Shown in pieces: positions 39,318-52,568 of a DNA stretch of 64,000 nt (positions are counted from its first letter, which is position 1; each line of letters begins with the position of its first letter). Location of the stretch: positions 63,674,001 through 63,738,000 of the forward strand of contig NC_043002.1 in assembly GCF_006345805.1 (NCBI RefSeq), given 5' to 3'. The translations under genes and the position numbers were made by a program. The notes under the pieces were generated by a model. It worked only from the letters and a program-made list of their open reading frames with translations. It made no database searches and was not told the origin of the DNA. The DNA is from Octopus sinensis (taxonomy: Eukaryota).

Positions 39318-40177
39318 GAAATAGGAAATCCGTTGGAAAAAACAAAAACAGAACAGAGGCGGAGCAAACCAAATCGAACGAGGCTCCTAAGAGCCCATGG
39401 CCAAACTGTTTATCAATGTATGTTGAAAACTGGTGGTGGGTGCGTTGAAGGTTTTAACGGGTCAGGCAGCGGTGATTCCGGTGGGTGGGAGCACGGGGTG
39501 CTTAGATGTTCTTTGTGACCGAGACTAAAGTTCTGACTATTTAAAGAATATTAGGTGTATTATATGGGGCGAGCCAAAATCTACTTAGAAACATGTGTGT
39601 GTGTACTGTTCTATATATGCGCGGCCGCGAGTTGGTAAGAATCGCTACACTCTGGTGGCTGCTGAGAAATCCGTCAGGGGGTACAAAAAATTTTTTATGT
39701 GTTCGTATGTGCGTTTGATCACGCGGCCGTCAGTTGGTAAACAGCCCTACACAATGGTCACTGCTGTAAAATCAGTCGGGTGGCATAAAAAAAATTTTTT
39801 ATGTGTGCGTGTGTTCGTCTAATCATGCCTTGTCAAAGAAACCCCCCGTCGTCAAAACAAACCACCATTCGTCTCCCCGGAGTAATTCCCCTTGCAATGG
39901 TTAATCATATTTCTCTTAAAAGCTTTTTCAGAATTTATTTCCAAGGGCTATTTTCATATAAGTAGTGTAACCGGGTGCAGGTATTATTTATAAGCGTTAT
40001 TTATAAGCAAGATAAGTATAACGCCGCCAATGGGGGCATCGAAAAGCCGACTGTGATTTTTGCTACCAAGGTATCGGTTAAACTTTTGATTAATCTGCAA
40101 CATGATTATTCATCTTTCTATTTCACAAAATATATATATATATATTATATATATATTTATATACGTATACGTATATT

Positions 40178-40316
<139 letters not shown>

Positions 40317-40353
40317 TATATATATAAGTATATATATATACATATATATATAA

Positions 40354-40424
<71 letters not shown>

Positions 40425-40501
40425 CATATATATATATATATATTTATTTATATACGTATACGTATATATATATATATATGAATATATATATATATATCTA
40501 C

Positions 40502-40544
<43 letters not shown>

Positions 40545-40554
40545 TACATATGTA

Positions 40555-40606
<52 letters not shown>

Positions 40607-40862
40607 TATATAACGATAATAATAATAATAATAATAATATATAAATGAATACAGAAATTAGACAAACACGTATAATTCGATTTTCTGTTTAAATGTTGAG
40701 TAGAGTAATGGTAGAATTTTCACTACCTGTTGTCATCCTTTTTTCAGTCTCAGGAGACTTCTGTTTGATTTACTTGAGGAGCTCCGCAGTTGCAGTTAGC
40801 GTAAGAGTATTAAGTAATAGTACGAGATTGATTTTGTATGAGACCTCTATGAGACCTGTATG

Positions 40863-40907
40863 AGACAACACATGTTTCGACCCATCAGTCTAGGTCTCTT
40901 CAGGTAC
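40863..40907 (-). ncRNA. Hammerhead motif with eroded helix I
   Basis: ac CUGAAGA gacc-uagacugaug-gguc GAAAC augu GUU gu; core and helix II intact. Confidence 0.5.
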
Positions 40908-41643
40908 TTTGATAAAGACGTCTCACTAGAGAGTTTTAAGTATCAGATGTCTTGTTGTTATAGGTATGTATGCATGCATGTATGTATGTATGTGTGGATG
41001 TATGTATGTATGTATGTACGTATATATGTAGGTAGGTATGCATGTATGTATGTATATTTATGTATATATCTATGTATGAATGTATGTATGTATTTATTGT
41101 ATATAAACAGAAATTAATAAGGGATTAGTAATCCAAGCGAAATAATTCTTTTAATTAAAATACACCAGGCAAACAAATATTGCAGTGATCGGGACTACGT
41201 TACAGGCAATCAAAAATCGAAGTTCATCAGCAGACTAATTTGGAAAGCCATCGTAGCGTTTCCACGTTACGATGGTATGTTTTTTTTTTCAGAAGAATAG
41301 AGGAAGAAAACAAAGAAATGGGTTTTATACATACATGTTTTTATTATATCCTTGCACTTCTTTCATCACTGATTAATTGAAAATATAAGCTTACACGTGT
41401 TTCATCACTGATCGATTAAAAATATAAGGAAACTTCCTTTACACAACCTTGTAGTTGCCACAAAATTTTCTTGCGACCATAATTATTGTGCACCGTTATA
41501 TATGCTGGATCAATCTAACCTTCGGTCTACTTAAAACTTACGTATCTGTACAAATGTGTGTCCTTGTTTGTGCATGCTTTGTATATACGTACATACACAT
41601 GCAACCCTCCACACACAAACACATATATAATCATCAAATATAC

Positions 41644-41683
<40 letters not shown>

Positions 41684-41688
41684 TTCTC

Positions 41689-41737
<49 letters not shown>

Positions 41738-41922
41738 TAAGCAATAAGGGTTCAGCAACGAATTGCCTTACCACATACCGAATTTAGAAATAGCAGTCAA
41801 AGGGTTATAGCTATTTCTTCTACTAAAAAGGGAGATCTCAGTAAAAACAGCAATTGGAAGGTTGACACAAACAGGTAAGAGAGAATGAATTAACCGCAAT
41901 CTATCAAACATTTTTAAAGTTA

Positions 41923-42029
41923 TCCACGGACGTACGTTTCGAAATCAAGTTTTAGGAAAGCATAAGAATTAAAATATTAAATATTAAATAATTCTATCTT
42001 ACCGAAACTTCTTTTCTCTTCAGCGTGGA
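41923..42029 (-). ncRNA. Type I hammerhead ribozyme (mirror copy)
   Basis: Exact reverse complement of 42137-42243. Confidence 0.75.
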
Positions 42030-42136
42030 ATACTATAATCATAAATGATTATATATTGAATTTTGAGATACTAGGAGGTACCAACTCAACTCTAGTATCT
42101 CAAAATTCAATATATAATCATTTATGATTATAGTAT

Positions 42137-42243
42137 TCCACGCTGAAGAGAAAAGAAGTTTCGGTAAGATAGAATTATTTAATATTTAATATTTTAATTC
42201 TTATGCTTTCCTAAAACTTGATTTCGAAACGTACGTCCGTGGA
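42137..42243 (+). ncRNA. Type I hammerhead ribozyme, apparently intact
   Basis: UCCACG CUGAAGA g[long AU-rich helix II]c GAAAC GUAC GUC CGUGGA: 6-bp helix I, canonical core, GUC cleavage triplet, palindromic helix III ACGUACGU. Confidence 0.75.
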
Positions 42244-42550
42244 TAACTTTAAAAATGTTTGATAGATTGCGGTTAATTCATTCTCTCTTACCTGTTTGTG
42301 TCAGCCTTCCAATTGCTGTTTTTACTGAGATCTCCCTTTTTAGTAGAAGAAATAGCTATAACCCTTTGACTGCTATTTCTAAATTCGGTATGTGGTAAGG
42401 CAATTCGTTGCTGAACCCTTATTGCTTAGTATTACTTAAATTTTCCTCAAATGAGGCTTTTACATGCCGAAGACTACTTGGTGTAATTGATAATTATTCC
42501 AAATTAATTAATTTCACCCTTCATTATTACGGATATATATATATATATAT

Positions 42551-42605
<55 letters not shown>

Positions 42606-42620
42606 CATATATACATATAT

Positions 42621-42651
<31 letters not shown>

Positions 42652-43763
42652 ACGTATGTATATATGCATAAATACACAAACACAATGGCAGACACACGTG
42701 TGTACATGCATACATGTACATATATATGCATATATGTATATATATATGTGTGTGTGTGTATATATGTACATGTATGTATATATACATATGTGTGTGTGTG
42801 TGTGTATTTATATATACTTATATGTGTGTATGTGTGTGTGTTTGAAAGCGACATCGACCTGATTCTTGAAAATGAAAAACCGTGTGATTTGAAATCAGGA
42901 GGTAAAATAACGAGACCAAATAACACACAATTGTTCCAATATAATATTTTAAACACACTATAATCCACTTTCGAAATAATGATGACGTCATTAAAAACGA
43001 ATGCAATAATAAAAATAGGAAATGTAACAATAACGGTAATTAAAACACATAAATAACAATATGGAAAATGTTTGAGATAATGCCAATTTCTATGAAAATC
43101 ACATGGAAACTTAAGATATATAATAAGAAACATCTTTTATTGGTATTCATGAGACTAAGCATCCGTATGTGGCTGGAACTGTTGTTTTTGTTGTTGTTGC
43201 TTCTATTGTCAGTGTTGTTGGCTATGTCTAACTCTCCTTGTTTGTTCATTTCGAAATAAGTTTTAGAAAAGTCATATGCCTATATTCATTTATACACAGA
43301 ATTCTTGTCTATTTATACAACTTTCTTTTTATTTATACTTGATATTTTTATTTCATAGAGGAGGGACCACTTAGAGTGTACAATTGTTCAAACGCCGAGT
43401 AGTTACATAAATAGTATCAGACATATCTCCACAGAAGCCTTCTGGCCGCCATGAATGCAACAATTGAGAAAATGCACAAAGTTATGGCGTCTGTATATAG
43501 AAATAGATGCAGGGAAAGGAGCGATTGAAAGTATTCAGCTCATTAGATCGGAAATACCCGTCGGCTTTTGTTTAATTATGTCTGTCTAAAGACTACCATT
43601 TTGAGCTGATACGATTCCAATCGGAGGAGAATTTCACATATCTCCCGGTGATAGAGATATATTCCTGTACATACAAGAATTTGCATGTGTGGGGGTATGT
43701 AGTATACGTATGTATCTAACTATTTATCTATCCATCTTTCATTTTACCTATCTATCTACTGTC

Positions 43764-43801
<38 letters not shown>

Positions 43802-43947
43802 ATTGTGTGTGTGTATGTGCATGTGTGTGTGTGTATGTGTTTGTGTATGTATGTATATATGTAACCGCATCTGAGTATATATACAGACATGTGAAGACGA
43901 AAATGTGTGCGTACGCGTAAATATATGCTTGCATAAATGGAAGTAAG

Positions 43948-43988
<41 letters not shown>

Positions 43989-44156
43989 TATATATAATAT
44001 ATATATATTATATATATATATATATTATATACACATACATATATGTATATGTATATATGCATATATATATGTATATATATATATATATATATATTATATA
44101 TTTATACATATATATATATATACATATATGAATATATATATGTCTGTGTATGTGTA

Positions 44157-44193
<37 letters not shown>

Positions 44194-44646
44194 TAAATAG
44201 ATAAATAGATAGATAGATATGTGCTTTTTGCGTGTTTATACGTCTTTGTGTTTGTGTATGTGTGAGTATATGTGTAGCAAAAGTGATAGATAAAGAGATA
44301 TCTTTATGAATATGAATAATATGCACTTTACCATTCACTTCCCTTTCCCTTTTATATATGTAGGTGCATTCAGAGTGAGTGAGAGAAAGGGGAAGACACC
44401 AGTAAACACAATACAAGAGAAAGAGTGGGAGGACGCAGATATAGTGGAGACAATAGGAAATTAAAAGTTTGCATAATGAATAGCTTTATCCTGAACCGAC
44501 TTATTTCATTTTGAGCAGACAGGCTGTAGATTCAGAGTGACCTTATACTGCTATTGTATTTATATCAAATTATGGACTTTATAATATTAGTTCATTAGAA
44601 GGTTCATATATATGCATATGAATACATACACATGTACATGTGCGTG

Positions 44647-44688
<42 letters not shown>

Positions 44689-44862
44689 TATATAATATAT
44701 ATATATATATATGATAAGCAGTGATTTGATCTCATCTGCCGAATCAGTAAGGGGAGGCGATATTACAGTTTGTAGTCGAACTATTCATTTGGAAAGAAGG
44801 AGCATTCTCCTAGGTGTTATCAATAACACAGTTAGATCGATGGATCGATTGATATGAATATT

Positions 44863-44902
<40 letters not shown>

Positions 44903-44905
<3 letters not shown>

Positions 44906-45230
44906 GGCTCAGTGGTTGGAGCGTCGAGCTTACGATCGTGAGGTTGTGAGCTCGAATCCCGGACCGGGCTGCGTTTTGTGTTCTTGAGCAAGACACTTTA
45001 TATCACGTTGCTCCAGTTCACTCAGCTGTAGAAATGAGTCGCGACGTCACGAGTGCCAAGCTGTATCGGCCTTTGCCTTTCCCTTGGATAACACTGGTGG
45101 CGTGGAGAGGGGAGGCCGATATACATGGGCGACTGCTGGTCTTCCATAAACAACCATGCCCAGACTTGTGACTAGGAGGGTAACTTTCTAGGTGCAATCC
45201 CATGGTCAGTGTCGTGACCGAAGGGGGTCC
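44903..45230 (+). mobile_element. tRNA-derived SINE family D (CORE-like centre)
   Basis: Head tatggctcagtggttggagcg...ctcgaatcccgg; centre cttgagcaagacacttt...cagctgtagaaatgag resembles the CORE domain. Confidence 0.85.
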
Positions 45231-45285
45231 CGGATCCCGTATATATTGATAGATAGATAGAGAGATAGATAGATAGATAGATAGT

Positions 45286-45333
<48 letters not shown>

Positions 45334-47431
45334 CAGGTGGATATTGACGTTTGTTCACAGGAACTGCGGGTAATCCGAAAATCACTTGTTGTCTTCGAGT
45401 ACGTTCGATATGTGATTATATTTTATAACTAGCTTCGTGAGTAGTATTTATATGCCGGATGACATGTAGATGCCCTCTATTTATGTTTGTTCATGCGTGC
45501 ACGATTTTGTATACATCTGGCCCTTTAACAATTTAAACCTAAAGGAAAATTAATAATCAACGGTAACAATTAGTACTGGTAATGCCATAAATAAGTATAA
45601 AAAATCGGCTCGATCAGCCACACAAAGCCCTAACTTCATGAGTTGACAAAAAGCGAGGGAGCGAGCGAGCTAAAGAACATTTCTATAGTGAGATAAACAC
45701 CCAGAAGAAGTGAATAGATATATAGATTTATCACGTAGATTCGAACTCTGATAATTAGAATCTTAGTTCTCATCAGAGTAACTTGCTGATACTCCGGGTT
45801 AAAAGGGTAGATCGCCTCGATTAATTCTCGAGAAAAACCGTTGAAAGCTAGCGCTAATTCCAAACGGGCACAGTGTACAGTATAAATAAAATAAGATAAT
45901 ATAAAATATTATATTATATAACATAGGTGACCTGTTAGCAATTAAAACCTAAAGGCAAATTAACAAACAAGAGTACACATTAATACCAGCATTACTAGAA
46001 AGAAAAGGCTTCTGTGTTTAATTAACTCGGGTTTTCCCTTTTTTGGTCTGCCCCCTAAAATTATTTGGCTTGAATATTAAAAAGGCTTTAAACTACTTAT
46101 TTAGATGTTTTATTCACATTTAAAGTTCATCCATCTGAATAAATATTGTTAAATATTTGTATTCTATATAGACTAAAGACACACCAGATAGATGCAACAT
46201 CACTAAAAACATCAGTCATTCAAATCCTGCTGAGATGACTTTCTGAAGCATATAAAATTTGATGGTAATGAAGGTAGCACATTACAGGATTGATGTTTGG
46301 CAGATCGTCTCATATGTCTAAGGAATAGAAGATGGTATTGATTATAATTTTCGCGGAGATAACCTCTCACTGTGGTATGCAAGATTATTTATAAAGTGTC
46401 TGTCAAGAAAGATTGCTTCCTCGCTTACACAGTATACACGTGTACAAACGTAAGTTCGGAAAGAGGAACCGCATTTCACACCCAAATGTTTTTGTGCTGA
46501 TTGAAACGAACTGGCTCTCCATTCAGTATGCCACAAAATGTAGCAAATACTTTCCCTTTAAACAGCTAGAACTGGGAAATACTACAGTCCGATTCTATAG
46601 GTTTGAAGCATAAGTGAGTGAACTATTTTTGAGGAGCAGCGGGGCATTCTGGGTTATGAGTGGCTTCTATTGTTTATATCAAATAATGTAAGATGAGAGT
46701 GAGTGTAAAACAACACTTGGGGCTCTCACTGGAGTTGCCATTTCAGAATGATGTCAATGACAATATATATACAAACAACAAAAATAATGCGGTTTATATC
46801 ACCGATTGACCTGGAATTATTTCTGTAAATTCGAATAAAATGTAAATGAATCCCTCTTACACAGTAGCTGCCATTTATGCAATTGATTTTACAAGGTATC
46901 ATTTTGTGCGGTGATTATGTACCAAACTGGCAATGTCGGTTAACAGAATCCAGTTGAGCCGATCAACGGAGCAGTCTGCTCGTAGAATTAACGTGCGAGT
47001 AGCTGAGCATTCCGACTTGGTTCTCAGAGAGATTCAGTCGTGACGTAGAATGTTAGAAGACTGGCCCTGGTGGATACAGGGTCTACTCATTGTTACTAGC
47101 GGAAAGGACTGAAGCTAGGTGAGATACAGTGTCATGTTAAAAAAAAAGAAAAAAGCAGTAAGAAAGGAACGCACCGCCTCGCTTCGAACTCACGATGGTT
47201 ATCCTGAAGCCCTAACCACCTAGTCGAGAGCATTCATGCAGTGATTATACTTCGGAGAATGGCCAACTACCAATGAAAGAGCAGAGTAATTTCTATATAT
47301 TTGTGTGCAAGAAGAGATAGACAGGTTATATATCCGTTAATTTACTTTCTGGAAGTTATATCTCCAATTTTCGAATACACACCGTATTTTGATTTCATGT
47401 GTATACATACATACATACATACATACATACA

Positions 47432-47464
<33 letters not shown>

Positions 47465-47878
47465 CCATACATACATACATACATATATATATATACACGT
47501 ATAAATATATATTATTATGGTGTGTGTGTGTATTTATATATATATGTATGTATATATAATGTACGCGATAGAGTGAGTGCGTATGCATATGTTTGACCAC
47601 TCGGTTTAAGGGTTAATACAAAATGAGAGGACACCCCTATCAAAAGTCTGTAATTTCGGAACGGGTCCTGAGGGATGCTGGAATTGCAAGTATTGAAAAC
47701 TAATGAATAAGCTCGGCTTAAACTGCCGAATATAAAAATAGCGCTTTCGCTCTAAGCCTTCAACATCAATTTAACTTGCAATTGATATTTTCAAGGGATA
47801 ATAATGAAGCTTGTTCACTAACATGCTGTTTATTTACCTTTCCCCCTCCATCATTCTAATTATTTGTTTAGTGTATAA

Positions 47879-47979
<101 letters not shown>

Positions 47980-48480
47980 CATATGTATACACACAAATAC
48001 ACATTCGAGCGCGCACAATCACACACAAGGGCGCACACACACTCACACACACCATTCGCTCTTGTTATTCCCATCTGCAAGGCCTATCTATTTCTATGTA
48101 TTTTATGCATCCAGCTAGAACTTCATTCGGAATTTTTCGTGGCCAATTATAAATTTAGAACATATAAGTTATTGGAAGCCTTGCGGATAACGGTGTATCG
48201 ATGTTTCAAAGCCAGGGATACAAAAGGAAAGGTTTTGGAAAAATAATCTTACATCAAAGTAATACAACATTAATAGTTCTTTCCATAAGTGAAAGGAAGC
48301 ATAGTCATCACTGCTATTATCATTAGTAATTCCGTATAGAAAGGCAAATCCACAAGATTGCAAAATCATGCAACACGGACTCTATAGCAGGAGGCATAAT
48401 ATCGAGAACTCGTTTGTGTTGGATTACCGTTGATTAATTGCATTAAAAAAATATACATATATATAAACATATCATACGAA

Positions 48481-48770
48481 GGCGAAATGGCCTAGTGGTT
48501 ATGGCAGGGAATCGCGGTTTCGATTCCCAGACCATGTGTTTTAAGTGCTTATTGAGCGAAAACACCCAAAGCTCCACTTGTTTTTCTCGTTTCCGTTCTG
48601 CCTGTATTTCAAAGGGCCAGCTTTGTCACACTGAGTTTCCCCGAGAACCACGTTAAATGCACAAGTGTCTGTGGAGTGGTCAACCATTTGCACGTTAATT
48701 TCACGAGCAGGATGTTCCGTTGATCGGATCAACTGGAACCCTCAACGGCGTTATCGTCGGAACGCCATGA
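48481..48770 (+). mobile_element. tRNA-derived SINE family E (related partial copy at ~46930-47075, opposite strand)
   Basis: ggcgaaatggcctagtggtta...gtttcgattcccag head; tail cacgttaatttcacgagcagg..ccgttgatcggatcaactgga is mirrored at 46950-46995. Confidence 0.7.
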
Positions 48771-48995
48771 TGTATATATCGTAAATATGAGGGTAATAAA
48801 TTAAGATAAGTTATTACCAGTGGTTAGCATGCATAAATGATAGTCATATGACATAATATTTTTTTTAATGTAAGCGTGTATGAAATATTTTTATCCACTG
48901 GCCTTTTTAGGATGTAGGGAGTCTGTCAATGTTCTCTTGTTTGTGCATAAACATATTTTATGCAGTCTTATATTTGTATATATATATGTATATAT

Positions 48996-49040
<45 letters not shown>

Positions 49041-49072
49041 TAGATATATAGATATATATATGTATATATATA

Positions 49073-49123
<51 letters not shown>

Positions 49124-49153
49124 ATATATATATATATATATATTATATATGTG

Positions 49154-49229
<76 letters not shown>

Positions 49230-49654
49230 AATGAAGGTACATAAATGTGAAATAAGGTGGGGAAAATATTAGTGAGAAATTTATTAGTATGAAAGCTGCA
49301 AAATCAACACAGACACATCTCAAAAGTTGCTACTCAGAGTTTGTTCATCGTAGAGTTTAGACTGAGAATGGAACAAAATATTTAATTTGCTACATTTTTA
49401 ATGTAAGCTGTCCGACGAAGTGGTAGCTAAATGTAGCGGTTGTTTGTGATATTTTTATATTTTCACTTTTAGAAATGAAAATGTGTATACACACACGCGC
49501 ACACACATGCAAACACACACACACACACACACATGTATCTATATATATAAACGTGGCTATAAGCAAGTTAGACAGATCAATGTATAACATCTTCCTATGT
49601 TAATACGTAAAATACAGGAAATATATATAAATATAAATAAGCAAAATAAGCAAC

Positions 49655-49785
49655 GAGGCGTTAGGAAGGTCATCCAGCTTTCGAAACACTGCCAGATCCG
49701 ATTGGAGACTGGTGCAGACTCCTGGCTTGCCTGTCCCCAGTCAAACCATGCCAGCATGGAAAACAGACATTGAATGATGATGATA
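49655..49785 (+). mobile_element. 3' tail fragment of a SINE or RTE-type LINE ending in (GAT)n
   Basis: ggcgttaggaaggtcatccagc...ccatgccagcatggaaaacagacattgaatgatgatgat. Confidence 0.55.
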
Positions 49786-50240
49786 TACAGGTTTGTTGCT
49801 TATTTTGATTATAATCACCCCACGGATTTTTATGGATAACACCATACAAAATTCTGGTGCATCTAAATTAAGTACCATATTCATTTGAATCTAAATTTTT
49901 GCTGAACTAATAAATATAAATATATATATATATTTATATAAACAAAATGTCCAGCTTACACTCATTATTAAAGAAATAGAGAATATGAACTTCTTTCCGT
50001 TACCTGCTCAAATGTAAGACCCTGTAAAAACCTCAAATATAAGATCTCATTCCTGTAGACAGAGTTTTGTCTCATCCTATGATAGAATCAATCTAGAAAA
50101 ATTATTTTCTAATACTTTTCCTCAACATTTTAAATCCTACATATACGCATATATGTTTGCGCATATATATAAAATATGTTTTCCTAATGAGATAATAAAA
50201 ACAAGGCTGTGTAGATTTTAGAGCATTTATAGATAGAATA

Positions 50241-50286
50241 TCTTACAGCTGTTTCTAGGATATTTATTTTATCCCTTCATCGGAGA
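50241..50286 (-). ncRNA. Minimal hammerhead with a core substitution (CCGAUGA)
   Basis: gucu CCGAUGA agggaua-aaauaaa-uauccua GAAAC agcu GUA agau; helix III ACAGCUGU palindromic. Confidence 0.55.
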
Positions 50287-50899
50287 CGGTGGGAGATAGT
50301 GGTTAAGAAATAGTTAATTTTTATAAAATATAAAATAGAATGAGGCGGAGGAAATAAAGGAAATAGATGTGAGGTATGCAGGGATATTTGTAGATCCATT
50401 TTTTAGGCAGAATGGTATACATATCAGATTCCAATACCTTATGAGTAAAATCCAATAGTATTTAAAATTAGCAATTAGCAAGTTTAGAGTTTATACACAG
50501 TGTTACTGAATCAAGGGCTTTATTTAGAGTGCCCTAAAAATAGGGAGTGTATTAGTAGGGCTAAATCTAAAACAGCAAGACAGGAATAAAGAAAGAGAAA
50601 AACAAGAGAAAAACAAGAGAAAAAGAGAAAAATGAGAGAATAGGAAGAAAGTAAGAAAACATAATAAGATAATAAAATAATAAAAAATAAAAAAAACAAG
50701 AAGAGAGGAATAAAAAAAGGAAAAAAAAAGAAAAAGAAGAACAAAGTTATAGATAAGGGAAATTGTAACAGTTAGTGGTCAGTGGAGATAATTTGAAAGT
50801 AGGAATGGGGGGATCAAGGGTGATAGGGAGAGAAAGGTGTTATAGTGTAAGATAGAAGGAATGGGGGATGTAATAAAAGGTAAAGGAGTGACAAATGTT

Positions 50900-50943
<44 letters not shown>

Positions 50944-50946
<3 letters not shown>

Positions 50947-52568
50947 TTGCGGCCAAAGTGTTCAGAACGGCATTGTTTTCGTCAGAAAAGTAAGTATAAG
51001 CTTTTATCAAAGTAGTTTTATATTCTATAATTTTCACCGACAATAAATACAATATTAATTGTAATTGTTTGAGATTTTGGTGTAATTTGAGAGGATAATA
51101 CAAAAGTTATGGATGATTTAGCGATTTACTGCAAAACCCATGGCGGCCAAAATGATCAGAACAGTTGAAAAAATAACAAAATAATCAAAAATGACAGAGG
51201 ATACTGGAATTATTTAATATTTTGTGTGAAGCCCTTTAGCTTCAAACACACTCTGACATCTTCGACTGCATGAGGAAATTAAATTTTCAATTCCTTGCTG
51301 GGTGATCTTATTCCATTCTTCCTGAAGGGCATTCCATAATTGCTCAGATGTTTTAGGATTTCTGGCTTTCGAACGTTCTCCTAGAATATACCATACATTT
51401 TCAATAGGATTGAGATCTGGGCTTTGAGCAGGCCAATCCATAACAATATAGCCTTTTCAGCCTTGAGGAAGTTCATGACCACCTTAGCCTTGTGACATGG
51501 GGCATTGTCCTGCATGAATATGGGTGGTTGCTTAGTTGAATTTCTCAGCACAGGCAAGACATGATCTTTTACAAGTTGTTTATAAACTCCTGCATTTACC
51601 TTTCCATGCAATCGCACCAAAGGGCCCACACCATCTCCAGATATCATCCCCCAAACCATGACACTTCCTCCACCGAATTTAACACTAGTCTTAAGGCATT
51701 TAGGCGACAATTTTTCACCTAATTTTCAACGAACGTACCTTTTCCCACCTGAGCCAAATAACATAAACTTAGATTCATCACTGAAATGCACCGCTTGCCA
51801 TTTTTCTGGAGAACACAACGCATGTTCAGTTGCAAAGGTAAGACGACACTTTTTATTCTTGGAGCTGATCAGTGGTTTCACTGCAGGTGCTCTTGCTTGT
51901 CATGTTCAACAAAACGACGAGACAGCTTTTCGAGATAAAGTTTTCTTGAATACAATGCTCATTTTCCGAGAAACAGCAGCAGCAGTTTTAAATCTGTCCT
52001 TTTTAACCAACTTTACCATAGCACGATCTTCTCTCTTGGTCGTTTTTCTTGGCCTACCTGTAAAATTTCTTGCTTCACACGAACCACAATCATCGTAGAC
52101 CTTAAGAATACCGTGTACAACACTTTTTGACTTGTTAACAATCTTTGCAATAGATCCAATACTTAAATTATCCTTCCTTCGAAGCTTAATAATCTGCCGA
52201 TGAAATGGTAACCGAGTAAGTGGCATTACGATAACAAAGTACACTGCAAATATTCTTATTAATGTTTAGTAAACGAACCGCCACGTAAACAAATTCAAAA
52301 CATTAGAGTTCACCGGTTAAATATACTAAAACACGGAGTAAAAGCAACCGTTCTGATCATTTTGGCCGCCATGGGTTTTGCAGTAAATCACTAAATCATC
52401 CATAACTTTTGTATTATCCTCTTAAATTACGCCAAAATCTCAGGCAATAACGAATAATATCGTATTTATTGCCTGTGAAAGTTATAGAATATAAAACAAC
52501 TTTGATAAAAAATCATATCTACTTTTCTGACGAAAACAATGCCGTTCTGAACACTTTGGCTGCCACTG
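50944..52568 (-). mobile_element. Tc1-family DNA transposon, full length (1625 bp), IR/DR-type ~225-bp TIRs, TA flanks
   Basis: TA|cagttgcggccaaagtgttcagaac ... gttctgaacactttggctgccactg|TA; inner repeat catggcggccaaaatgatcagaac present in both TIRs. Confidence 0.95.
51214..52226 (-). pseudogene. Frameshifted Tc1 transposase, DD34E
   Basis: GRPRK linker, FSDESKF, VKFGGGSVMVWG, FMQDNAPCH, WPAQSPDLNPIENVW; split across at least three frames; removing a 2-bp insertion near 51445 restores 34 residues between D and E. Confidence 0.92.

Larger units (their letters stand above)
41735..42431. repeat. Near-perfect fold-back inverted repeat, 340-bp arms, 17-nt spacer
   Basis: 41735-42074 is the reverse complement of 42092-42431 with a single mismatch seen (ggaaggttgacac vs ggaaggctgacac). 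Confidence 0.97.

Noticed and set aside
47670-47705. Hammerhead-like cctgaggg..atgct..agtat..gaaaac
   Set aside because: Core deviates at several positions and no helix I or III can be formed.
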